Source of the DNA: an uncultured Candidatus Saccharibacteria bacterium
Lineage (GTDB): Bacteria > Patescibacteriota > Minisyncoccia > Phycocordibacterales > UBA9973
DNA length: 64,000 nt
Direction: 5' to 3'
Assembly: GCA_964426555.1 (NCBI GenBank)
Contig: CAYRQJ010000002.1
Coordinates: forward strand, 29,556 to 93,555
Of the stretch, positions 1 to 9,212 are shown piece by piece. Both the position numbers and the translations under genes were made by a program. Below the pieces are notes generated by a model. It was not told the origin of the DNA, searched no databases, and worked only from the letters and a program-made list of their open reading frames with translations. Numbering within the stretch: the first letter of the stretch is position 1; each line of letters starts with the position of its first letter.

Positions 1-985
1 AAGCAGCACTATTTATTCTTCTTGGCATATCAGTAGGGAAACCAGTAGCAATAAGAATAACTTTAATTTCGTGTTTGTTTAGTTTTTCGTCACGAATCAT
101 ACCAAATATAACTTTTGCATCTTTATCTACATTTTGTGTTATCAAGTTTGCAGCTTCAGAAACTTCGTGGATAGACAAATCATCACCTCCGGCAATAGCC
201 AAAAGCACACCCTTTGCTCCGTTAATAGAAAGATCAAGTAATGGAGAATTCAATGCTTCCATGGCTGCTTTTGTAGCGCGGCCTTCACCTTGCGCGCGGC
301 CAATACCCATTAATGCGCTACCAGCATTTGCCATAACTGCACGAATATCATTAAAGTCTACATTGATTGTTCCCGGAGTTGTAATAAGTTCTGAAATTCC
401 TTCTACGGCTTGTTTTAAAACATCATCACACATTGCAAAAGCATCTTTAATGCTTGTGTCTTTTGGTGCAACAGATAAAATTCTTTCGTTTGGAATTATA
501 ATAATTGCATCTACTTCTTGCTCAAGATCAGCAATACCTTTTTCAGCTAAACGCATTCTTTGTGTTCCTTCAAAAAAGAAAGGTTTTGTAACTACGGCAA
601 CTGTTAGTACTCCTTGTTCTTTTGCAGCAGCAGCAACAATTGGACTAGCTCCAGTTCCTGTACCTCCACCCATTCCACAAGCTATAAAAACCATGTCAGC
701 ACCTTTTACTGCATCTTGAATTTCAGCTTTTGTTTCTTCTGCAGCTTTACGACCCACATCTGGGTTCATACCAGCACCAAGACCACGAGTAAGGTTTTTA
801 CCTAAATGGATTTTTTTATCAGCAAGAGATTTGTGTAAATCTTGCGTGTCAGTATTCATGGCAATAAATTCCACACCTTTGACTTTGGAATCAATCATGT
901 GGTTAAGAGCATTGTTACCAGAGCCACCAACTCCTATAACTTTAATTCTTGCAAACGTTTCGATGGGTGTATCTACCTTTGGCAT
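1..985 (-). CDS. ftsZ: Cell division protein FtsZ (3' end runs off the window)
   Basis: Hand translation of minus strand: MPKVDTPIETFARIKVIGVGGSGNNA...GMGGGTGTGASP tubulin signature...INVDFND; downstream of ftsA. Alternative ATG at 994. Confidence 0.97.
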   Translation of the reverse strand, partial: MPKVDTPIETFARIKVIGVGGSGNNALNHMIDSKVKGVEFIAMNTDTQDLHKSLADKKIHLGKNLTRGLGAGMNPDVGRKAAEETKAEIQDAVKGADMVFIACGMGGGTGTGASPIVAAAAKEQGVLTVAVVTKPFFFEGTQRMRLAEKGIADLEQEVDAIIIIPNERILSVAPKDTSIKDAFAMCDDVLKQAVEGISELITTPGTINVDFNDIRAVMANAGSALMGIGRAQGEGRATKAAMEALNSPLLDLSINGAKGVLLAIAGGDDLSIHEVSEAANLITQNVDKDAKVIFGMIRDEKLNKHEIKVILIATGFPTDMPRRINSAA

Positions 986-1062
986 ATGATTCATCAATTA
1001 ATGTATAACAAATGAACTATAACAAATTATAGTTAAATAGCCAATGTCTTGACAAGATTAAA

Positions 1063-2241
1063 TTATGGCATCAAATCATGTAAAAATGACTTGATTTTTG
1101 ACATGAAATTATCCCCATCACTAAAAGATTTTATCTTAGGATTTGAATTTTCTTCTTTATATAAAGTTAAACCATAAGCAACAACCCAAGATACATCACG
1201 CAGACGAGGTTTCATTTGTAGTAAATGTTCAGGAATACCTACTTTACATGGTAAGCGTAAAGAATTTCTTGCAAGAGATTCAATTTGTGAAATATGTGAA
1301 CCTCCGCCAGTTATAACTATTCCAGCTGGAAGCAATGCATCGCGGTTAATCTTTTTTAAATATTTTTCTAGTAGTTCAAAAATATCACGCAAGCGCGCTT
1401 CGATGATTTCATTTAATTTTCTTTCAGAATGTAATCCTTGGTTTTTACCAATTTTTACAAGTTCAGCTTCTTCTACTCCTATTTTTAAACCCAATGCAAT
1501 ATCTTTTGTAAAATCAGATCCACCAATAGGGAAGACATGTAGTGACAAAGGAACACCATGTTCGTAAACAATAGCTGAAACAGTCTCAGCTCCAATATTT
1601 GCAAGCATCACACCATTTTGTTTCTGAGTTTCAGTTAGTGCAACACAAGATGCGGCAATAGGAGATGCTACAATGTTTTGGATTTCAATTCCAAGATCTG
1701 AAAATAAATCTATGAGATCAAATAAATGTTGGGCTAAACAAATAACAAAGAATACTTTTACTTCCAGTTTACTACCACGCATTCCCAAAGGTCGCCCCAA
1801 GACTTCTTTACTGTCGATTTTATAAGATACAGGAATAGTATGTAGAATTTCTCGATTTATTAAATCAAGTTTGTTATGAGCTTCGCTAATTGCTTTATCA
1901 ATATCATTTTGACTGATTATGCCATCAGCTCGAGAAACTACCACATCTCCACTGGTTACTGAAGAATTTAAAGATATTCCACCAATGGAAATACTTGCTC
2001 TTCTAACATCTAGATTACCTTGTTCTTTTAGTTGTGATATTAAAGACTGAAGTGTTTCTTTCGTTCCCAGAGGGTTTGTAATATAACCACTGCGTAAACC
2101 TTTACTTTCAGCTTGGGCAACAGCAATAATCTCTGGAAATTCATTTTCAGACGAAGATAGTTTTGTTACAACTGCACGGGCAGTATGTGTACCAATATCA
2201 AAACCAATATTAAATTCTTGTTTGTTATTTCTGCGTAGCAT
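1063..2241 (-). CDS. ftsA: Cell division protein FtsA
   Basis: GFDIGT, NIGAETV and VITGGGS actin-fold motifs; adjacent to ftsZ. Confidence 0.93.
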   Translation of the reverse strand: MLRRNNKQEFNIGFDIGTHTARAVVTKLSSSENEFPEIIAVAQAESKGLRSGYITNPLGTKETLQSLISQLKEQGNLDVRRASISIGGISLNSSVTSGDVVVSRADGIISQNDIDKAISEAHNKLDLINREILHTIPVSYKIDSKEVLGRPLGMRGSKLEVKVFFVICLAQHLFDLIDLFSDLGIEIQNIVASPIAASCVALTETQKQNGVMLANIGAETVSAIVYEHGVPLSLHVFPIGGSDFTKDIALGLKIGVEEAELVKIGKNQGLHSERKLNEIIEARLRDIFELLEKYLKKINRDALLPAGIVITGGGSHISQIESLARNSLRLPCKVGIPEHLLQMKPRLRDVSWVVAYGLTLYKEENSNPKIKSFSDGDNFMSKIKSFLHDLMP

Positions 2242-2645
2242 TATTTAAAAGAAGATATTTTTGTAAACTTTTTTAAAAGCCTAATTTCTTCTTTTTCCAT
2301 TGTACTACTATGTTCGCTTCCTTTCAAATGCAAACATCCGTGGATAAACAAAAACAAGATGTAATCTTCAAAATTTAAATCAAAATCAGCATGCTGTTTT
2401 TTTGCTGTAGCTAAATGTATAAAAATATCTCCAGATTCTTTTGTATAAGGAAAAGACAAAATATTTGGTACATAGTCTTTTTGTCTGTGAGTGATATTTA
2501 ATTCTAAAGCTTTTTCTTTTGTAGTAAAAACTAAAGACATTTCATAGTCTTTACCTAAAATGTGATCTTTTACAACATGAAAAGGAAGACTTGGGGTCTT
2601 CCTTTTAGACATATTCTTTATAAAAAAATTGTCATCTTTCTGCAT
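2241..2645 (-). CDS. ybeY: rRNA maturation endoribonuclease YbeY
   Basis: NILSFP, GDIFI and HGCLHLKGSEH metal-binding motif; true start may be the second Met. Confidence 0.9.
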   Translation of the reverse strand: MQKDDNFFIKNMSKRKTPSLPFHVVKDHILGKDYEMSLVFTTKEKALELNITHRQKDYVPNILSFPYTKESGDIFIHLATAKKQHADFDLNFEDYILFLFIHGCLHLKGSEHSSTMEKEEIRLLKKFTKISSFK

Positions 2646-2650
2646 ATTTA

Positions 2651-2905
2651 TTAACCGCGTTTTCGAAATACTTTTGGTTTTAGTTTGCCAAGCTTCTTTA
2701 ATTTTTCAAAATCAGCACGCTTTACAAGTTTTTTTACTGCACTATTTTTTTGTGCAAGTTTTGACTTTGGTCTTTCGTTATATCTCTTTGCGCGAACCTT
2801 TTTAACAATTTCAGAATCCTGAACTTTACGTTGAAAACGGCGCAATAGTGTAGCGCTAGATTCTGCGCCTGCTTTTGTTACTTCTACTTGGTATGTTGTT
2901 GACAT
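2651..2905 (-). CDS. rpsU: 30S ribosomal protein S21
   Basis: ES..LLRRFQRKVQDSEI..VRAKRYNERPKS basic S21-like pattern; start moved to ATG 2905, 6 nt after TGCTATAGT. Confidence 0.8.
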   Translation of the reverse strand: MSTTYQVEVTKAGAESSATLLRRFQRKVQDSEIVKKVRAKRYNERPKSKLAQKNSAVKKLVKRADFEKLKKLGKLKPKVFRKRG

Positions 2906-2950
2906 GGGACCACTATAGCACATTTACTATATTATGCAACATAAATATGT

Positions 2951-4615
2951 TTAATATAGCCTTAATTTGAGATATTTTTTAAAAGGCAATAAAATTTCGT
3001 TAATTTGATTAGCGATTTCAATATTTTTGGTATTTAGGTTATATTTTTGTGTATTAAAACTAGTATATATTGTGATTTCACCGTAAATATTTTTTTTGCT
3101 ATTACAACTACCAGGTAAAGCGATTAGAGATAAAGATTTAATAATTGAATTGATAACTTTTTCATTTTTACTAAAATATTGACCCAAATCAATTTCTAAA
3201 AATCTAGCATATGGTGGGAAAGATAAATGTTTACGATCTTTTAATTCTTCTTTTTTCCAAATATTATAGTCTTGCGATATAAATTCTTCTTCTTGTTTAT
3301 TTTGTACAACTATATACATTTTGTCATTACAAATTTCTAGATTTTTTAATAAATAAAAAATTTTTTCAGTAGATTCAAAATTTTGCCCATACAGCAGGGA
3401 ATTAATCGATGGCACAATTAAAACATCGGTATTAGCAACCTCGTTTATTGTAGAATAGCTTATTAGTTGAATGCCTCCATTTTTTTGCCAGTTATTAAAA
3501 TCAGTTTTACTAATTCTTTCGGTTGAATCATAGATATTTTTATAATTTTTACCCAAAATTTTATATAAATCTTCAATTACTTTTTCTTTTCCGTAACCCA
3601 AAGCCAACATATTCCAACTATTGCAGTTTCTACATTTTACAATTGAAGACTGTGCAATGTTACATTTTTTGCAAATATAAATATATTCACCAGCAACTCC
3701 ATATTTTTTTGCAAAATTTTTATTATTTTTAACCAAATAAAGATTTTCTTTGCAGGGTTCATTATTAATCAAATTATTACAAGTATATATAGTAGAGCAG
3801 TCTACGCATATGGTTTTGCTAGCAAACCCCGATTTAGTTGTAAGAATTAAAATTTGTTTATTTTCTAAAACTAAAGATTTTAAAATATCAGAAATATCAT
3901 TGTTTAATGCGTTTGATTTATCGCTAAATTGCTCTTCTTCCCGAGAAATTATGTTTACTTGTTTATCTGATTTGATTTTTTTATAAGTATTAACCAAGCC
4001 CCATTCTGTGTATCTTAAACGAGGTAGTTTGGAATTTATTGTAAATTCAATTTTTAATTCACTACAAATAAAGGCTAAAAATATAGTTGGGTCATAACCC
4101 AAAAAAGCTTGCCCATACTGAGCCAAGTCTTCAGGATTAAAAACTTCCAATTTTTTAATATTATTATTTAACCATGGATTTATAAAATTATGATAAGAAA
4201 ATAATTCTTCTTTTCTGTACTTTTCTTTATTTATAGTATCAATTTTTGAACTAATTATTAGATTTTCTATTTTTTGGTTTTTATAATTTGGATCATAAGA
4301 TTTAGTAATTGATCTAATTAAAGAAGACAGCTCACATAATGAAAATTTAGAAAATAAAATTAAAGATTCTAGAAATTTTTTATCTAATTTATTTAATATA
4401 TCTGGATTGTTTAATTTAACTAAGCTATAAGGTAGAGATTTTAAGTAATTTTTAGCGTCTATTGCGGGTACTGATTCTACAACTAATGCATATTCATTTT
4501 TCTTTTTAATCGGAACACTAATTATTGATCCAATAGGAATTTTAGTTGTAGTAATATATGACAAACTGCCCTCGGGAAGCTTTCTTTTTAAAGGAATTAC
4601 CGTGACTAAATGCAT
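2951..4615 (-). CDS. priA: Degenerate primosomal protein N' (PriA-like)
   Basis: PriA-like N-terminus (LSY..IGSIISVPI), GFAS-CxxC...CxxC...CxxC zinc region, C-terminal FPPY; no recognisable helicase Walker A. Confidence 0.7.
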   Translation of the reverse strand: MHLVTVIPLKRKLPEGSLSYITTTKIPIGSIISVPIKKKNEYALVVESVPAIDAKNYLKSLPYSLVKLNNPDILNKLDKKFLESLILFSKFSLCELSSLIRSITKSYDPNYKNQKIENLIISSKIDTINKEKYRKEELFSYHNFINPWLNNNIKKLEVFNPEDLAQYGQAFLGYDPTIFLAFICSELKIEFTINSKLPRLRYTEWGLVNTYKKIKSDKQVNIISREEEQFSDKSNALNNDISDILKSLVLENKQILILTTKSGFASKTICVDCSTIYTCNNLINNEPCKENLYLVKNNKNFAKKYGVAGEYIYICKKCNIAQSSIVKCRNCNSWNMLALGYGKEKVIEDLYKILGKNYKNIYDSTERISKTDFNNWQKNGGIQLISYSTINEVANTDVLIVPSINSLLYGQNFESTEKIFYLLKNLEICNDKMYIVVQNKQEEEFISQDYNIWKKEELKDRKHLSFPPYARFLEIDLGQYFSKNEKVINSIIKSLSLIALPGSCNSKKNIYGEITIYTSFNTQKYNLNTKNIEIANQINEILLPFKKYLKLRLY

Positions 4616-4665
4616 ATATACAGAGTATCACAAATATATTTTTTTGTGCTATACTGCTCGCACAT

Positions 4666-4785
4666 ATGGGTCCCGTTAGAAGCCACGGTCACGCAAAACG
4701 GTATTACCATAGATTATTATATATGAATGAAATTATAAGACTAAATATGCAAAGTTACGGTATTAAGACTGTGACCTGCTTCTAA
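4666..4785 (+). CDS. Putative 39-aa leader peptide across element copy 1 (MGPVRSHGHAKRYYHRLLYMNEIIRLNMQSYGIKTVTCF)
   Basis: Open from ATG 4666 (10 nt after TGCTATACT) to TAA 4783-4785 within the right inverted repeat; internal in-frame ATG at 4723. Confidence 0.5.
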   Translation: MGPVRSHGHAKRYYHRLLYMNEIIRLNMQSYGIKTVTCF

Positions 4786-4790
4786 CGGGA
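4671..4790 (+). mobile_element. 120-bp start-codon-associated inverted-repeat element, copy 1 (at mreB)
   Basis: TCCCGTTAGAAGC...GCTTCTAACGGGA termini; flanked by TGGG on both sides; last base is the A of the mreB ATG. Confidence 0.8.
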
Positions 4791-5806
4791 TGGGATTATT
4801 CAGAAAAAAACTAGGGATAGATTTAGGTACCGCAAATACGCTTGTTTATGTACCAGGGCGTGGAATTGTGTTGTCCGAACCTAGTGTTGTGGCTGTTTCT
4901 GAACAAGACAATAAAATAATGGCAGTTGGTAGTGAAGCTAAAGACATGATTGGTAAAACCCCAGACAGTATTATTGCTTATCGTCCAATGAGAGATGGTG
5001 TAATAGCTGATTATCGTGTTACTGAAGCCATGCTAAGGCATTATATTTCTAAAGCATTAGGTAAATGGTCTTTTGTAAAACCAGATGTATTAATTTCTGT
5101 ACCTGCTGGTATAACTTCAACTGAACGCCGTGCAGTTATAGAAGCAGCTCTAAAAGCTGGAGCTAAAAATGCTTATGTTGCCAAAGAACCAATTTTAGCG
5201 GCAATTGGTGCTGGAATACCGATTTACGAATCTCGTGGGCACATGGTGGTGGATATTGGCGGTGGTACTACAGATGTTGCGGTAATATCACTTGGTGGAA
5301 TCGTTGCATCAACATCAGTAAAATGTGCTGGAAATAAATTAGATGTTGCAATTACTGACTTTATAAAAAAATCTTTTAACTTAGCAATTGGGGACCGTAC
5401 CGCTGAACAAATTAAAATTCGCGTAGCTTCAGCTGTTCCAGTTGATGACGAAGTTACTATGCTTATAAAAGGCCGTGATTATATTACAGGCTTACCAAGG
5501 ACTGCTCAGGTTACTACTAACGAAGTATGTCGTGCAATTGATAAAGAGTTACGCATGATGATAAAAGCCATAAAAGATGTATTGCAAGATACTCCTCCTG
5601 AATTAGCTGCTGACATTATCGACCATGGAATAATAATGACAGGAGGAACATCACAACTGCGAGGGTTACCAGAATTAGTTTATCGCCGTACTGGAGTAAA
5701 AGCTCGTCTTGCCGAAGAACCAATGCTGTCAGTTGTAAAAGGTACAGGTGAAGCACTAGAACATTTAGAAGTTTACAAACGAGCATTACTTCTTAAACAA
5801 AAATAA
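4790..5806 (+). CDS. mreB: Rod shape-determining protein MreB
   Basis: GIDLGTANT, EPSVVA, VDIGGGTTD, MTGG motifs. Confidence 0.97.
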   Translation: MGLFRKKLGIDLGTANTLVYVPGRGIVLSEPSVVAVSEQDNKIMAVGSEAKDMIGKTPDSIIAYRPMRDGVIADYRVTEAMLRHYISKALGKWSFVKPDVLISVPAGITSTERRAVIEAALKAGAKNAYVAKEPILAAIGAGIPIYESRGHMVVDIGGGTTDVAVISLGGIVASTSVKCAGNKLDVAITDFIKKSFNLAIGDRTAEQIKIRVASAVPVDDEVTMLIKGRDYITGLPRTAQVTTNEVCRAIDKELRMMIKAIKDVLQDTPPELAADIIDHGIIMTGGTSQLRGLPELVYRRTGVKARLAEEPMLSVVKGTGEALEHLEVYKRALLLKQK

Positions 5807-5809
5807 ATT

Positions 5810-6475
5810 ATGTCTGCAAATAATTTTGCAAATTTAAAAAATAAAGAAAATTTATCCCATGCATTTTTGTATCGTGGTAAATACAATGATGTATTACCTG
5901 AATTCACAGAAGCTCTTACTAAACTAAGTATTCATTTAAATAAACCAGGTCATTTTGTTATAAATGGTGGAACTTTTGCTGTAGATCAGGCTCGTGAGTT
6001 AGTTTCTTGGCATAATCGCGGAGCAAATAGTGAAGATGATTTTACTGTAGCTATAATTGCACCCGATGTTTTTAAAAAAGATGCTCAACAAATGCTGTTA
6101 AAAATAATAGAAGAAACACGCGAGAATTTTTTAATTTTCCTTTTTCTAAATTCTGGAATTGATGTATTAGATACAATACTTTCTCGTGTACAAGTGCATT
6201 CTTTAGATACTTTAGAAAACTTGAAAATATCTAAATTTTTAAAACAAAAAACTGGTGATAAAATAAAAACTATTCAGGAAAAAACAAAAGGCATGGAAAG
6301 TAGTGAGATTCGAGAATATACTCAAAATTTAGTTAATGAAATTATAATTGAGCTAAGTAAAGACGTAGGAGATAATAAAAATATTTTAATTAAATTAAAC
6401 ACTGTTCAAAATTCACTGACAAATTCATATATTGCTCCAAAATTTATTTTGGATTATGTGATTACAATATTGTAA
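5810..6475 (+). CDS. Probable DNA polymerase III delta-prime-like subunit
   Basis: SHAFL, AQQMLLKIIEE, TILSR motifs of HolB-type clamp-loader subunits. Confidence 0.65.
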   Translation: MSANNFANLKNKENLSHAFLYRGKYNDVLPEFTEALTKLSIHLNKPGHFVINGGTFAVDQARELVSWHNRGANSEDDFTVAIIAPDVFKKDAQQMLLKIIEETRENFLIFLFLNSGIDVLDTILSRVQVHSLDTLENLKISKFLKQKTGDKIKTIQEKTKGMESSEIREYTQNLVNEIIIELSKDVGDNKNILIKLNTVQNSLTNSYIAPKFILDYVITIL

Positions 6476-6496
6476 AATTATGCTATATTTATATAT

Positions 6497-7045
6497 ATGT
6501 CATACAATATTAAGAATGCACAAACTGAATTTAATAAAGCCGTAGAATGGCTAACTAATGAATACCAACAAATCCATACTGGGCGAGCAACACCGCTAGT
6601 TTTAGACGGTGTTCAAGTAGAACTGTACGATATGATGCAACCTATTCGTAATGTTGCCAGTATTTCTATTGAAGACCCAAAGACTATTCGTATTGCTCCG
6701 TGGGATAAAAATGCAGTAAAAGCCATAGAAAAATCATTAACTGATGGGAATTTAGGATTAGGAGTTGTAGCTGATAGCGATGGAATAAGACTGATTTTCC
6801 CAGCACTTACAACTGAGCGCCGTCAGCAAACTGTAAAAATTCTTGGGACTTTGCAAGAAGAAGCTCGTATTCGTGTACGAAAAACCAGAGAAAATGAAAT
6901 GAAAGAATTAGATGAAATAGCAAAAGAAGGTATGGGTGAAGATGAAAAGAAAAGACTGCAAGCAGATATTCAAAAAATAGTAGACGAAACAAATAAATCT
7001 CTTGAAGAAGTATTTAAGAAAAAAGAAATCGAAGTAATGAACTAA
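6497..7045 (+). CDS. frr: Ribosome recycling factor
   Basis: TGRATP, IAPWDK, PALTTERR, EEARIRVR motifs. Confidence 0.95.
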   Translation: MSYNIKNAQTEFNKAVEWLTNEYQQIHTGRATPLVLDGVQVELYDMMQPIRNVASISIEDPKTIRIAPWDKNAVKAIEKSLTDGNLGLGVVADSDGIRLIFPALTTERRQQTVKILGTLQEEARIRVRKTRENEMKELDEIAKEGMGEDEKKRLQADIQKIVDETNKSLEEVFKKKEIEVMN

Positions 7046-7050
7046 AGAGC

Positions 7051-7088
7051 TAGGGGTTAGTTTCTAGTGAATAGTGATTAGGTTTTAA
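7051..7088 (+). repeat. 7-nt periodic TAGnnnn repeat tract (left arm)
   Basis: TAG at 7051, 7058, 7065, 7072, 7079 and TAA at 7086. Confidence 0.75.
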
Positions 7089-7136
7089 GAAAAATATAAA
7101 TTAGTGAATATCCAGATTTCCTTTAATAAATTTCCA

Positions 7137-7502
7137 ATGAGTGAAAGCAAAATAAAATCATATAAGGATCTAATTGTTTGGCAGAAAGGCTATGAGCTTG
7201 TTAAGCAAGTTTATAAAATCAGTGCTAAACTACCACAAAGTGAAGTATTTGCTTTACAATCACAAATGAGACGTTCTGCTGTTTCTATTGTTTCTAATAT
7301 TGCGGAAGGTAGTAGTAGAAAAACTAGAAAAGATTATTGTCAGTTTATACATATTGCATATGGGTCAACTTCCGAATTAGAAACTCAACTAATGCTTTGC
7401 AAAGATCTATACAATATTTCAGTTGAAAAAGAGCTTGAATTAATTACAGAAATCAGTAAAATGCTTAGAGCTATTATAAATAAACTAGAACCTAATCACT
7501 AA
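7137..7502 (+). CDS. Four-helix bundle protein (23S rRNA IVP / bAvd-like family)
   Basis: SYKDLIVWQK, LPQSE.FAL.SQMRRSAVSI.SNIAEG, IAYGS..ELETQL; start set at Met 7137. Confidence 0.9.
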   Translation: MSESKIKSYKDLIVWQKGYELVKQVYKISAKLPQSEVFALQSQMRRSAVSIVSNIAEGSSRKTRKDYCQFIHIAYGSTSELETQLMLCKDLYNISVEKELELITEISKMLRAIINKLEPNH

Positions 7503-7513
7503 AAACTAAAACC
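7485..7513 (-). repeat. 7-nt periodic CTA tract (right arm, inverted complement of left arm)
   Basis: CTA at 7485, 7492, 7499, 7506; AACCTAATCACTA is the reverse complement of TAGTGATTAGGTT (7072-7084). Confidence 0.75.
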
Positions 7514-7535
7514 TTTTAAAATAATAAAAATAATT

Positions 7536-8606
7536 ATGACCATCATACTCTTCATTATCGTTTTGTTTCTTGTAGTCACAGTTCACGAGGCTGGGCATTT
7601 TTATGCTGCTAAAAAAATGGGAATGCGTGTAAAAGAATTTGCTTTTGGTTTTCCTCCAAAATTATTTGGTATAAAAAAGGGCGAAACAGAATATTCGTTT
7701 AATTTAATTCCATTAGGAGGTTATGTAGCAATAGATGGAGAAAATGGTAAAACTGACGAAGAAATAGCAGGTGACAGTAGACTATTTACTGCAAAATCTA
7801 AACTAGCCCAAGCAATAGTACTGTTTGCTGGGCCATTTATGAACTTTGTTTTGGCTTTTGTACTACTGTCCATGTCTTATATGATAGGGTATGGAAATAA
7901 TAAAACAGCAAATAATTTAGTTATTTTAGGAGTTCTACCTGGTTCTGTTTCTGAAAATTATGGATTAAAAGAAGGAGATATTATAAATGCTGTTTCCTCT
8001 ACAGTTACTGACTCAAAAATTAATAATCCTAAAGCTGAAGATTTTCAAAATATTGTAAAAAATAGTAATGGTCAGGAATTAGATATTGAAATAAAAAGGG
8101 GAAATGATGTTTTAAATATTAAACCAGTGCCACTGCTGGATACTGCTAGTAATGAATATAAATTAGGTGTTAGTATTGGAACTTTTGAAAGTAAAAAACT
8201 GGGGTTCTTTACTGCAATAAAAACTGGATTTATGGATACTGCAGAAATTACTTGGGGTACTATTAAAGGACTGGGGCAAATTATCGCATCATTATTTGGT
8301 TATGGAGATATAAAAGGTAGTGTGTCTGGGCCAGTAGGGATAGCAAAACAGGTAGGTGTTGCAGCAAATTTTGGTTTTGCCTTTCTGTTAAACTTTATTA
8401 CATTAATTTCTATAAATCTTGGGGTTATTAATTTATTCCCATTTCCAGCATTGGACGGGGGAAGACTACTATTTTTATTAATAGAAAAGATCAAAGGATC
8501 TCGCATAAGTGCTAAAACAACAAATATAGTAAATGCCGCTGGTTTTGGAATTTTAATATTGTTAATGATAATAGTTACTATTAAAGACGTAATTAAACTA
8601 TTTTAG
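7536..8606 (+). CDS. rseP: RIP metalloprotease RseP (site-2 protease with PDZ)
   Basis: HEAGH, IPLGGYV, AGPFMN, NLFPFPALDGG. Confidence 0.95.
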   Translation: MTIILFIIVLFLVVTVHEAGHFYAAKKMGMRVKEFAFGFPPKLFGIKKGETEYSFNLIPLGGYVAIDGENGKTDEEIAGDSRLFTAKSKLAQAIVLFAGPFMNFVLAFVLLSMSYMIGYGNNKTANNLVILGVLPGSVSENYGLKEGDIINAVSSTVTDSKINNPKAEDFQNIVKNSNGQELDIEIKRGNDVLNIKPVPLLDTASNEYKLGVSIGTFESKKLGFFTAIKTGFMDTAEITWGTIKGLGQIIASLFGYGDIKGSVSGPVGIAKQVGVAANFGFAFLLNFITLISINLGVINLFPFPALDGGRLLFLLIEKIKGSRISAKTTNIVNAAGFGILILLMIIVTIKDVIKLF

Positions 8607-8613
8607 AATAAAG

Positions 8614-8645
8614 AAAACCGAACTAATTCAATAGTTCGGTTTTTT
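8614..8645. terminator. Intrinsic terminator between convergent genes
   Basis: AAAACCGAACTA-loop-TAGTTCGGTTTTTT. Confidence 0.8.
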
Positions 8646-8666
8646 ATTTTGCTTTTTAAAATTAAG

Positions 8667-9212
8667 CTAATAATCTTTTGTCTTTTTTGACATAAAAGCA
8701 ATAAAAATAAATTCTAAATATGATCCAAATGCCATAGATGCTGTTATAATTAAAGAATTATCAATTAATAATAAATCTAATAATAAAACAAAAATCACAG
8801 GTAAGAACATTTTTACATCTGCAAAATATTCATTATTTTCAAAAATTTCTTCTGGGTCAGGCTCTTCTTCTTTGTATTTTATTAAAATAAATTCGCATAA
8901 TATCCAAATTACAATAAATACAATCAACAGAACCCATTCAATTGGATTTCGAATAAACGACATCCAGCATGTAATTGTATAGATTATACCTATTGAATTT
9001 ACACGCTTTAATGAATTTGTATCTGGCAATGTGTTCGCTTCCTGTCTTATTACTATAGCAATGATTGCGCCTATAGCCATAAAACAAAGCACAGCAATAG
9101 TCATATCTTCTTGCTTGGGTTTTTGGCCTAAATCCGTAAAAAAATATGCCATAAAAAAAGATAAGAGCATTAATAAAATAATACTTGAACTGATTAATTT
9201 TTTTGTTTTCAT
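8667..9212 (-). CDS. Hypothetical multi-pass membrane protein
   Basis: 181-aa ORF with about six hydrophobic segments; no family recognised. Confidence 0.6.
   Translation of the reverse strand: MKTKKLISSSIILLMLLSFFMAYFFTDLGQKPKQEDMTIAVLCFMAIGAIIAIVIRQEANTLPDTNSLKRVNSIGIIYTITCWMSFIRNPIEWVLLIVFIVIWILCEFILIKYKEEEPDPEEIFENNEYFADVKMFLPVIFVLLLDLLLIDNSLIITASMAFGSYLEFIFIAFMSKKTKDY

Noticed and set aside
75-805. Plus-strand ORFs 75..719 and 614..805, and the many other short ORFs antisense to or nested in long genes
   Set aside because: Shadow frames of well-supported genes on the other strand or frame (here ftsZ); no motifs of their own.
4671-4790. The 120-bp elements as simple terminators or CRISPR repeats
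   Set aside because: Arms are ~90 nt apart with no U-tract, copies are dispersed rather than arrayed, and all coincide with start codons.
7137-7502. bAvd-like gene suggesting a diversity-generating retroelement
   Set aside because: No reverse transcriptase and no template/variable repeat pair differing at adenines was seen.
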